NCBI RefSeq assembly: GCF_026210795.1
Contig: NC_089429.1
Span: 7,316,001 to 7,380,000, forward strand
Source: Rhizophagus irregularis
Lineage: Eukaryota
Reading direction: 5' to 3'
DNA length: 64,000 nt
Of this stretch, positions 11,069 to 23,409 are shown one piece after another; the first letter of the stretch is position 1, and every line of letters begins with the position of its first letter. Made by a program: the position numbers and the translations under genes. The notes below the pieces were generated by a model. The model did not search any database and was not told where the DNA came from. It saw nothing but the letters and a program-made list of their open reading frames with translations.

Positions 11069-12724
11069 TGTAATTTAAAAATTTATCCAATTAAAATTAT
11101 TTAAAATTAATATATTTATATATTACATCATATGGTAAATAAAATGTATATATTTGTTTTATTTCAATTGGATTTAATTTAATGGATTTGCACATAATTT
11201 ACAGTTTACAATTATAGTGTTGCGTTTTTTTTGACAGCCACTGTAAATGATAATAAAGGTAACAGATAATTTTCAAATATAGCAAAAAAGCAAAAAAATA
11301 ATTGCTATAATAAGAAAATATGACTGAAATTATTGATTTAAATGATTTAAATAAAAACCAGTATATTAAGTAATGTTATTAAAAAGTAAATATTTAAAAT
11401 ATAACTTGTTAATAAATATTCAAAAATAAAGAAATAATAGAAATTACATTAATTGAAAAGCAAAATTAACTGCTAGATTTGTGAAATTTATATATTATAT
11501 TTTTTATATTATTTTTTTGCCAATTAATAATAAAATATATCAATAATATTTTAATTTATTATTACTACAGTATTACTACAATAGAAAAAAAAGAAACATA
11601 ATAATCTGATAATCATATAACTAAATATATAAGAAAGATGAAAAGTTGAATTTATTTTTAGTAAATTTACTATTATTAGGGAGATCATAAAAATGAAATG
11701 ATTAAGTGGAAGAAATCTTTTAGTAATTTTTTTTATTACTTTTTTGCGCTTTTTTTTTAAAAAATTAAAAATTTTAGTGTAAAATTACAGTAATAAACTT
11801 AGATTTTGAAAATTTGATTTATATCTTATTATAATAAATAAATAACCAAATAATAAATAATAAATTGTAAATAAGTTTATTAAGAAATAAATATAATAAA
11901 TATATACAATTAATTTCATTTTTACTATAAATACAAGTACATAAAAAATGCGTGTGATTAATTATAAGAAACTAATATAAGTCATATAAAATTACAAATT
12001 ATGTGACTTAAATAACTGTACTGTACAGTAAATTTGAATAAAATTTTGTATAATACAGTATAATGTTTAATATAGTATTATATAATACTATACTGTATGA
12101 ACTTTTTGTTAAAACTTACCATAAAATGTTAACCATAATTAAAAAAGTGTTGTAACATAAAATTTTTATATGCTGTAATTAATTAAGATTATAAAAATCT
12201 TATAGCTGTAATTCAAAATTTTTTAAAAAATAATTAAAACTAATATTTTTAACTTATTATACAATACAATTTATGGCTAGATCTACCTAAAAATTCTGAA
12301 TATTACTAATTAGATTAATTAATCAAAATTCTGATTTTGATTAATTAAAAAAAAAATTCTTATATGGTTGATTAAATATAATTAATTCAAAACCTGGCTA
12401 TAAATCAATAAAAACTAAAATTTGTAAATCATTAATGAAATTTATTTAATTGGCATTTTGTGGATAAGGTATTATTTTATCCAGTACAACAAAATGAAAA
12501 TATTACCCAATATTTTATAGTATATCTTTATGATGTTAGTGAATTCTTATTATTTACAAATTTTTACTGATTGATATTTAGATTACAAATTAATTAATTT
12601 TTAATTGATTATGAACTACCAATTCAATTTGGGTTTAATTTACAAAATAAACTTTTAAATAATAACTGATTATTTTTTAATGTTATTATTAAAAACTAAA
12701 AGTTATTTTCAATATTAATTTGTA

Positions 12725-12958
12725 CTTTTACTCAAAATCCTCTTGAATTTCTTGTATTAAACATTATAAATAATAGCAAAGCAGTTTATACAATTTAAAC
12801 ATGAAATTCTTACTATTAAATTAAATAAAAACTGATAATGAAAATTCTCATACATAAAAATAAAAATAGATCAAGATTTTGAAATTAACAACTAATAGAA
12901 TTATTCCTATAAAGAAAAGTAGATAAAACCTGTTTAGTAAGTTTCAATTTATATTAAA
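12725..12958. repeat. Diverged homolog of 29655-29890 (inner part of the long TIR plus adjacent sequence), upstream of paralog 1
   Basis: Shared blocks in the same order: tttactcaaRatcctc..gaatt, ttataaataatagcaaa, atgaaattctt and gataaaac.tgtttagtaagtttcaatttatatta. Confidence 0.7.
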
Positions 12959-13854
12959 AAAATTCTTTTCCAAACTTACAAATATAGGATTTCCTCTAAA
13001 TATACAAAAAGAAGAAACTAAATCTATAATTCCAAATTCCAGAAGGCAACTACAAAAAAAGTTCCATCAGAATTCTCATTAATAAATTGTTGCATTTGGT
13101 GGTACTTTTTTTGATTTTATTACTTTTTTGAAAGGTAAAAAGGAGTTTTGCTGTGTAAATTTTGCTTTAAAATACTAACAAATCACAAATCTAATTACAT
13201 CACTAGAATAAATGAATAATATTTTTTATTTATCATGAGTAAAAATTATGGAAAAATAAAAAAAAAATTTAAAAAGTCCGTAACATACCAAGTTTACCAA
13301 GTATAGTTAGGCATCATACTATACTTATCGGTACGACAATATACTATATAATAATATAGTTAGTAGTTAAAAAGTGATCGCCTTCTTTTTAAAAATAGGT
13401 CTATAGCAAAAATCAGAAAAGCAAATTACTATTTAGTCTTTACTGCAAAGAAATTATCCTCATTTCATTAATGAAAAGCGCTTCAATATTATCAGTTATA
13501 ATGAGGTGTATATTCAACCGAGAGCAAATTAGAAATATTTATTCTAATACAATTATCAACAACATCAAATCATAATATAGATATTTGTAAACTCAGTTTA
13601 TATTAATAATATTGATTCATTTATTAATAAAGTGTTTCATAAATTTAGTGTAAATATTATTGTCGCTTAAACATTGTTTATTTCAAGAATATTTAAAATT
13701 TTTACCTTTATTGTTATTTTTTTATATATTGTTTACTTACTCCTTATTCCCGATACGACACAGATAAAGCAAAGCATACTAAGTGATACAATGGTGTTAC
13801 CACAAATTATATTTAAATTTGATTATTTTAGCTTTACTCCTAAAAATCTAAAAA

Positions 13855-16800
13855 ATGACTGTGTTGACAAATTTATTCTACTTTATCTTATTATTCATAA
13901 ATCCGTTGATTGTTTATTCTTATGATGTGATATTACATAATGAAACTGAACCTGGACTTAAAATCTATAAAGTACATACTTATAGAGATGGGATAGCGGT
14001 TGTCCATTTAGTTAAACCAATAAATGAATCTTGTATTGAACCACGAATTGATCTTCGCATTTTACATCCAAATGGTACTGTTGATAGTGCTAAAGTTGAT
14101 TATCCGATCCCGGAATATAATTTTTGTCGTGGTCCCAACGGATTTTATTGGTTCGACATGATCCGTTCCTTTCCAAGTTCTATAAATATACTTTATATAG
14201 ACATCGCTTCAGCAAGTTATTATGTATTATTTGCTACTCGAACGGGATATGTTATTAGGTTTGTTACACATCCATTATGTTTTAAGTATATACTACATAT
14301 GTATATTAACTTATTTATTGAAATTTTTATATTTGCAAGCAATACATACGTGGCACCTATCTCAATAATAAATGGAACTATATACGCCGACGGCTATCTC
14401 GTAACTCATACAAGCGAAGAGTGTGGTTTTATGTTTGTAAATTATGAAACTGAGACTATTGTAATGTGGAAGTATTTCAGTAAACCGTATGCACCATTAT
14501 TATTGATGTTTATTTTAATAGTATTAAAGTAAATATGAAAATTAATTCATTCTTTTTGATTTATTAGGGACGATAAAGGAAATTTTAGCCTAATAAATGA
14601 AGGAAAACATTATCTGCAAAATTCATTAGCTAATTATTTCGTATTTCCCTCAATTGATGGAAATTTTGGTATTGTAATTGTAAATTCAACAGATATCAAT
14701 ATAAACCCTAATGAATTCATCAATCCGTCTAAATTTACGTCTAAGGCTTATGTCACTTTTATTAAACCTGTTATGAAGAGTGTGGATGGCCCTTTCTTAA
14801 TTTACCAATCAGCGATACCTCATTTGGAAGTTCGAAGTTTTTGTGATACCGCTTTTGCGGGGATCGGTAATACTTGCCTTTTAATATTTAACAGAGTAGA
14901 AGATGAAAATACGTTAGAAGTTATAAAACTGTCATTTCAAGCTTCAGGGTTCGTTATATGTTATATGTTTATAATATTTCTTATAACTTTAATTACATGT
15001 CTAATGATTTGTTTTTTTTATTCTTAGTTCTGTATTTGATATGAGAAAACTTGGTGATAAATTTGTTGATGTAGATATAGTAACTTTTAATGGTTTATTT
15101 CACGGAGGATATTTAATAACTTTACGTGATAATCAACGTAAGACTATTGAAGGAATAATACTTGATAATGATGGAAAATATAATGGCACTTGGGGATTTC
15201 CACCAGGTTTGAAATCATCTGGTTCTTTTGGAGTGACAATCTTTCTAAATGGGACACTGCGTTTAGTTACTTTCGAGAATGAAATGACTTTGAAAATTTC
15301 TTTTACAACTTTACCTAAATTTTTCTCGGATGGTAAGCATAATATAAGTTGTTATATGCAAATAATATTTTTTAGTTAAATTAATTGTTTTTTATTTCCT
15401 TAGATTATGGATATGAGAATCCGCACATTAAATCAACTTATCCATCAATTAGCTCAAGTATACCCTTATCAATCACAAACATAAATATTACGTATCATTT
15501 GTCTGTAACGATATCAACCAACAACGTTTCAATTTATCAATATAATAATAATGACGGTCTTCCTATACTGCGTCAATCTGTCCCGGGAAATTCACCATAT
15601 TTTTCGTATAGTTCTGATAAAATGACAATAAGCATGAAAGTTTTGGGAAGCACATTTAATCAACCAAACTCAAATTATTATATTGTTGTTGATGGTAATG
15701 TGGTCAGGGATTGGACGTCAAATAATCCACTATTAGGTGTTGAAAGAAATCGTTGGAAATTTAATACAAGTAAGCATATTTTAATATCCGGATAAATTAT
15801 ACTAGTTCTTTAATAATATCAATTACAATTCCTTCAGTAAATATCCGAGATAATTTTGCAGGTAAAAAATGTTTTTTTAAAAAAAATTTATAATTAATTA
15901 AATTGATTTTATTCAATTTTAATAATTTTAATGTTTCATCATATTTAGAGGAATCAATTGGAAGATTTTCTTTAACGGAAGAAGGGACAAAATCTTTTGA
16001 GAAACTTTCATTGGATGGACAGAGAGAATTTTTATCACAATTAAGAATTGATTTATCAGAATCAATACCTGTCGACATTAATAGATTAGATTATGTAAAA
16101 TGTTGTGAATATGATAATAGCCAACAACCTCCAAGAATTCTTTTATCATTACCTATTAAATCGACAACAAATCCATATGAAAGAAATGTTGATCATATTA
16201 TAAAAGATTTAGATATTTTGATTAAACACAAAGAAGTAACTCCAATTTCATGGTTTGGTACAACAAATCATTTAGAAGCTAGCTTTGGATTTCAGAGATA
16301 TAGTAATTATAATTATTATTACAAGAATTTTCATTATTTAAATTTTAATTCTTTTTTTATTATTTAGAAAATTTATTGGATGATTTTAAGTTCCATTTAA
16401 TTGGTATTGTCCTTGGAATAGTAATTTTAGGATTCCTTTATATTTACGCCAAGAAGAAATATCCTATGGTAAAGTACTTCATATATCTTTTTATTATTAT
16501 TATCCGTAACTAATAATATATTACTTATATATAGGGTGAAAATATCGTAATATTTAAATTTCCCTTAATTATTTTGAATTTTATCATGGGTATTATGTTT
16601 ATTTTGAATAATGGAAAAAATGTTCCACAATTATTTATTCCAAGGTATGATCCATCTTCATTTTCAAAATTTTTTTTATATCAATTAAATTTTTAATTTT
16701 TGTAAAAAATTTTTAATTATAGCATAATTTTCTTCGTGATACCAATAATAATTAATTTTATTATGGCTGCAATTATAATGCTTCAAGAAATTAAAAAAAA

Positions 16801-17328
16801 CAGAGATTTCTATGGATGGTTTAAAAACAATGTTGATATGGCATCGTTATTTACCATATTATCTGGTACTAACCTTGAAATGTTAAATATACTTTCTTCT
16901 CAAGTTGCTGGTATAATGTTATTCAATGCTCCTATATCAGAAGAAACTCAATTTTATATTTTTTGGGGAAATTTTATTGGATTATTTATTGGTGATATCC
17001 CTCAATTTATTATTCAGGTTTGTAAAATTTTTAACATTATTATACATTATTATATTAAAACTAAATTCCATTGAATTTAAAATACATTTAGGTTTTCTAC
17101 ATAAAGTTGGTTGTTAATTATGATATAATTCCTTTTCTTACTCTATCAACAAGTTCGATTATTTTAGCGAATAATATAATTTCAAAAATATATCATGCTA
17201 TAGTACATTTATATTCAAAAAAAAGGAAATCTGTTATGATATTACAAACTGAAAAAATATTATGTAATGAAAATTCCAGTATTACAGTTCCACGAAAGAT
17301 AAGAAAAAATGTTAGATATTCAATGTAA
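13855..17328 (+). CDS. 11-exon receptor-like membrane protein (~900 aa) with signal peptide, large beta-rich ectodomain, Ig-like segment and about 5-6 C-terminal TM helices; paralog 1
   Basis: ORF fragments join through short GT-AG introns (e.g. 14259-14339 and 14487-14567, plus a 24-nt micro-exon at 15838-15861). Hydrophobic N-terminus, many N-x-S/T sequons and a YENPHIKSTYP...YYIVVDGNVVR...W.F.T Ig-like block. TM segments include LIGIVLGIVILGFLYIYA, IFFVIPIIINFIMAAIIML and FIGLFIGDIPQFIIQ. Exon structure is conserved with paralog 2. Confidence 0.88.
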
Positions 17329-17368
17329 ATAATATTTCAATAAAATAATTACAATAGTAAATAATATA

Positions 17369-18830
17369 CAGTTGGCTCGCGTTATAACGAATTTGGTGTC
17401 CATGCTGATCTGACCTTCGTTATGGAAAAATTCGGTAACACTATAACGGATTTTTTGACATCCATATAGCAAAATTCGGAATATTGTATAACGAATTTTT
17501 ATTAAAAATTCGTTAAATATTTTAAAGTAAATTTATGTAAATAAATGTAAATTATAATATATTTATATTATTTATTATTAAATGTAATACAATTATTATA
17601 TTATATATTGTAAACATTAATGAAATTAAGAGATATTAATAAAATCATTAAGATTCGTTTGTCTCACAGAAATAAAACGTTGTTTTAACGCTTCCTTCCT
17701 AAGTTTTTTAATGCATCTTATTTCTTCTTTTTTCATATCAAATTTATCCTCTTGTTGCTCTAAATACAAAATCACCTTATCATAATGTTCAATGGCCTCG
17801 CTATGAGTAATGGATGGTAAAGGATCAGAATTTAGTTCTTCTACCTCTTGTTCATGATTATTGGGAAGAACTACTTTCAAAATTTCTTCATTGGATATCA
17901 TTTCTGCTGTAAGTTCAGATTTATCACATTGAATAAATTCATCAGCAGTTAAAGGATTTTCAAGATTAAGTTTATCAATTAAATCTTGAACTTCTTTCAA
18001 CTCATTTGTATGTGTTAGAAGAACTTGTGTTTCAGCACAGAAATCCATATCAATTTCACTTTCATTATCTTTAGGTAAAATATCTGCTTTTAACCAGCAA
18101 TTTTCAATAGTAGATTGAGTAAGTGCATGTGACATATTTGATGCACTTTTTGATATTAATTTCAACAGGGTTAATGTCAAATTCATTATAATTATCAAAG
18201 GCTTTAACATGATTTCACAATAATAATTTTCGGTATTGTGCCTGAAATAAAATTAAATTTTTTATAGTTAATAAAAGGATTTGAAATTACTAAAATATAA
18301 GGTGTAGATTTAAAGTTAAAGTATGAATTCAACTACCTTGAAACTGTTAATGATCCCTTGATCACATGGCTGGAAGTGTAAAGTGGTATTTGGAGGAAAA
18401 AATACAATTTTAATATTAGTTAATTTTATATTTTCATTGAGAGAATGAGTTGGTGCATTATCAACAAGAAGAATGATATTTCAGTTCTGTGCTCTCATTT
18501 GAGCATCAAGCCTTTTAAGATATGCATTCCAGATCAATACTTGCATCCAACTTTTTGAATTCCAATAATAATTTATTGGAAGAGTAGTTTTGTTAATATT
18601 TTTTAGAGCCCAGGGATTTTCATATTTGTGTATGAATAAGGAGCGTAACTTTTTAGTTCCAGTTGCGTTACAAGTAAATAAGACCGTTATACGATCCTTA
18701 GATTGTTTCGTTCCAGTCACAGGACCATTAGATATGGTGTGATTGGGTCGCATTTCCAAAAAAAACCTGTCTCATCACAGTTAAAAATATCATTGGAATC
18801 ATAATTTTTTAGAATTTGGCAAAAATTTTC
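17369..18830 (-). mobile_element. pogo/Tigger (DDE_1) transposon relic inserted 40 bp after the paralog 1 stop codon
   Basis: TIR ta|cagttggctcgcgttataacgaa. Minus-strand motifs DIFNCDETG, KQSKDRITVLFTCNATG, ILLVDNAPTH and PPNTTLHFQPCDQGIINSFK, with an intron at ~18243-18336. Frameshift and stop present; the 5' half and second TIR were not found. Confidence 0.9.
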
Positions 18831-20450
18831 ACGCATTATGTCAAGTTCTGCAAGTGGTGCACTTGCCGCTTCTCCATGCATATTATACAAAATTTCAAAC
18901 TGTGTTACACAAGGGATGTAATTCCGGCCAGAATTATAACTTGGCAGGATTTATGCCGATCACATTTAATTCTGGCCAGAATTATCAAATATATACGAAT
19001 CGGTTATTCAGTTTCAATCAGATTTTGCAAAATTAGTTTGAAATGGATTGAACCGGTTGCGCCCATTTTAAATTTGGTTTTCGAAAATAGAACCGGTTCC
19101 AAACTCTATTCTGTATATAATTTTAATAAACTGAAATTCTGCACAAAAATCATAAATTTTTTTCTTCAAAGTTTGATAGTATATCTTAAGATTTGTGTAG
19201 AAAAATTAATTTGCAAATCTGAAGATTCTAAAAATTTTCTGATAGCTTAATATTAATTTTATACAGAAGTTTGTATATTTCATTAGTAAATCTATTAACA
19301 ATTCCAAACTGATAAATTAATAAAAATGCTAACTATATAACTTAGGTAGATTTAGATTAAATCATAAAAATCTTGACATAAGTTTTATTTATGTAATAAT
19401 TGATTTCTATTGAAAGTAAAATTAATTATTAAAACTACTGAAATTTCTATTTAAATTACTATTATTTATAAATTTACCTCAAATTCATTAATATTTGAGT
19501 CAGTAAGTATATCTTTATTAGTATCCAAAATTAATTTTGAACAGTCCAAAATTATCCAATTAAAAAAACTAATTGGACATAATACTGGCTAACTGGAATT
19601 TCAAAATATAAAAGTTTAGTGTAATTATTCAAAAAAAAGATATTTCTTAAATTTGTGATAGTATAAACTAAGATAAGTTCTTTTTAAACTACTGTATATT
19701 AAATCCTATATAATTAAAATAGTATTCAGTTTTCTAGTTAAGATTAATATCTAGATCTTCTTTAATTTCTAACTTCAAGTAAAAATACAAAAAAAAATAA
19801 AAAAAAATAAAAAATACTAATCACAAAAATTTTAACTTAAATAATAAATATATTAATAAATATTAATTATAATAAATTTTTAAAATCATATCCGCCAATT
19901 TGCAAAATTTGCCGATCATCAGTTATGTGACGCAGTATTGATTAAAATCGATCAAAACCCGTTTCTACATAAGAAAAAATGTCAAAAAATATATAAAAAA
20001 ACTTTTAAGACCTCTCCCAAAATATTTACCTCTTTAACCCGAAACTAATAGAAGGAATTTCTAGAAAAAAAGGAAAAAAATATTATAAAGTTAGTTTATT
20101 AAAAAAAATAAAGAAAAACTTTATAAAATCCAGAATATTTAATGATTTAACAAAAAAAAATTAACTGAAAAATAATTAATAATAAATATCAAATAGATTT
20201 TAATTAAATAATTAATCAATATATAATCTAAATTCGCTAAAACATCATTATTAATATTTAGAGTTATTTATTGATTGAAAGATTTTTTTGAATAATTTTG
20301 CTTTTTAAATAAATTTTTTCATAAAGGGTATAAAAAAATAAAAAACAGGCTTGAAGTTGTATCAATATTGTTATTAATCGACATTAAAAGCGGACTGAAA
20401 AACTTTAACGCTTTAATAGATTAACTGGAATTTAACTTAATAGAAGAGTC

Positions 20451-21044
20451 TTAATTGCCGATCCGCCTAAAAATGGCACTGCGTTACTAATAAAATTCGG
20501 GGATAATAGCGATAATAAAAAAAAGCATTTTTTGCATCTCGCGCGCGAAATAAGTTTCACCCATTTTACAAACAGAAATATCATAAAAACAATATTTTCT
20601 TTCATTTTATGACAAGTCATATTTGCCAAAAAATTTTATAATTATATTTCTGTAACTGGTTTTCTTCAACTTTCACTTGTTTTTAATAATAAAAATATTT
20701 TAAAAAAGCTTTTAAAACCAACTTTAGAAGCTAAAAATTATAGGTTTTTATTGTAAATAATGCAATATAGTAAAATGAAATATTGAAATTTCGTATATTT
20801 TAAGGTGTAAATCTGACGCGCGCGCATAGTAAACTCATTATTTTGCATACGAATATATAACTTTTTTTTGCAAATTCGTTTTATTCAAGTATTTTTTCAG
20901 TATATCATATGATTTTTTTTTATAGTCAATATGTCATCTATGAGATATCCTTTTTTGAAGTTTGTGTTCTAGCACAAAATCGGCAAATTTAACCCCGAAT
21001 TTTATTAGTAACGCAGTGCCGATTTTAGGCGGATCGGCAATTAA
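20451..21044. mobile_element. MITE with ~50-bp near-perfect TIRs bounded by TTAA
   Basis: ttaattgccgatccgcctaaaaatggcactgcgttactaataaaattcgggg pairs with ccccgaattttattagtaacgcagtgccgattttaggcggatcggcaattaa. Confidence 0.88.
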
Positions 21045-22852
21045 GTTGATTACAAATAATCATGTGAAATAATATTGGATGTTCAGTTAAAGAAAATAGG
21101 TTTTTATTAAAATAATGTAAGATTTTAGATGTGATGAAGAATATAGATAATTTCTTGGTTGCGAAATTAACTATCTTGAATTATACTACTGGGAATAATA
21201 CTCTTTTCGTATAACTCAAAAATTACAATATGATTCTCAACTATTCGTAAAAAACTAATTGTAAAACTGATGAACTCTTCTTCAATTTAGTAAAATCCTA
21301 TCACTATTTATAATATTACGCGTCTTATTTGTAACAACCCCCAATTTTATCCAATTAAAATTTAAGATCAGGCGTAATGTAAACAAAAACAAAAGATCAA
21401 TCGTGTAACTAAGACAAAAGAATTTTTTAAAAAATTTCAAGAAACTGCTTATAACTTAAAATTTTGTCTATGAAACTGTCTTAAGTACATTAAGTAAAAG
21501 TTTTCCAAATTAAATTTTGAATATAAAAATTTTATTTGTAAAATACATACTAAATTTATTATTAAAAAAAATAAAAAAAGGATGTTATAAATAAGATATG
21601 TAACAGGCTGTTACAAATACATTTATTCATAAAATAAAATAAATATATCAAATAAATAAAATATAACAAATAATAAAATTAATAAAATTAATAAAATAAA
21701 TAAATCAAATTTATCAAATTTATCAAATAAATCGAAAAAATCAAGAAAATTAAGAAAATTGAAAAAATTAAGGGATCTATGAAATGATCTACAAAATTGA
21801 TCTACATAAAATTACTGCACCATATTTCTATTTTAGCAATATAAAATAATTACTAATATATTTGCAAAAATTCTCAACTTACTCGATGTAAAAACTGGTT
21901 GAAAAGTTGATGGGGGAATTGATGGGGAGTTTAATAGGAAGTTTACGAAAGAAAAAAATTTTTTAACACTACTTTTTGTTGAAGTAATTTCTTAATATCT
22001 GTCATATGATCATGTAGCACAAGTGTGATCATTTTTGCAAAACTTAATTTACCTAATTTTTATTAAATTATTGTCAAATTCCTTAATTTAAATGAATTTT
22101 ATTAATTCTGCAGATCGGCAGATATGTTTTTGTTAAAAAATTAATATTAGCTTTAAATCTTAAATCTTCTTTATAATTATTATATTAGCAAAGTAATAAA
22201 ATTATTAGCTGAATCATTAGAATGTTTTGGTATATTTTTATTTTACCTTCTAGTTTGCTGGTTAAATCAAATTAAAAGTTTAATAATTTATCATCAAAAT
22301 ATAATTATTAAATAAAAAAAAATATATTTTTTTCATATTTGTTGCTTAAAGCTACTCAAAATTTAAATTATTCAAATTCATAGAAATGAAAATACAACTA
22401 ACTTTAAATCTGATCATTATGGATTTTTTATTACTTTCTCTATTTAATTATATTTTATTTAATTTTAGTTACATTTATTAAATACATTTTTTAAAACTTT
22501 CATAAACTATAATTAGATGAGAAACATATAATTCTGAATTACTATTTAAAATATTTCTTTTATCAATTTTATTAAATAAAGATATCATTAAGTATTTGAT
22601 TGAAGTTTTAATTTCTGACATTTTTATCAAATTTATCAAATTTGGATTTTTATTTTGAAAAAGGAACATTTTTTGGATATTTTTTTTCTTTTCTGAAATA
22701 AATTTAGACTTATATATAAGTTTTTTAGTATTTTTACAATAAACAGTTTGGTAAGAGTAGATTTTACATTCACGTATGGCTAGCCTAAAAAAGCACTGGT
22801 TATGTGACCATGTAAAATCATCACATCTGTGCATCCGTAATACCTCTCAGTG

Positions 22853-23409
22853 GCAAAAATTACTTTCTTGACCCTCCTCATATTACTTTCTTGACTTGAT
22901 CAAAATATGCATGATTATGTATGACAAAAATGTTCTTTTCTTGACCTGCAAAAAACATTAACGCGTTGTTATTTTTCTTATTTTCATAATTTTTCAAGAG
23001 ATATACACAAAGATTAAATTTTTTTATCATTAATGATTAATGACAAAATAATTTATTTTTTTTTTTATTTTAATATTTTAATATTTAGTTTTATGCTAGT
23101 ATTTATTACCTAATTAATGTATTTCTCTTAAATGTAATCTTTTTATCAGCTATCTTTTGTAAATAAAATAAAATTATTTTAATTTTATCAATATTGTAGA
23201 AATAAAAAAGTATTGACCATGCTCGCAACTCGCAAAAGACAGATTGCACGCTATTTTTGTTAAATATAAATAAAAAATAAAATATTTCTTTTTTGTTTAT
23301 CACAATCGCGTTTCAGGTCAAGAAAGGAACATTTTTGTCATACATAATCATGCATATTTTGACTGGGTCAAGAAAGTAATGCGAGAAGGGTCAAGAAGGT
23401 AATTTTTGC
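22853..23409. mobile_element. Mutator-like non-autonomous element
   Basis: ~95-bp TIRs (gcaaaaattactttcttgacc...ttgacctg and caggtcaag...ggtcaagaaggtaatttttgc) with 9-bp flanks ctctcagtg and ccctcagtg (8/9 match). Possibly nested in an older inverted-repeat pair at ~22781 and ~23526 (aaaaagcactggt / accagtgcttttt). Confidence 0.8.

Larger units (their letters stand above)
9079..11243 (+). mobile_element. Decayed Tc1-family DNA transposon
   Basis: Ends ta|cagtaaccatcaaaagaaatataacatcataattgt and acaattatagtgttgcgttttttttgacagccactg|ta are degenerate inverted copies. An inner gtgttgcgttt motif occurs at ~9270 and its inverse at ~10760, enclosing a transposase relic. Confidence 0.8.

Noticed and set aside
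18816..19250. 144-aa and 60-aa plus-strand ORFs
   Set aside because: They overlap TE debris (the broken pogo end and aaccggtt-rich subterminal repeats), have non-ATG starts and show no protein features.
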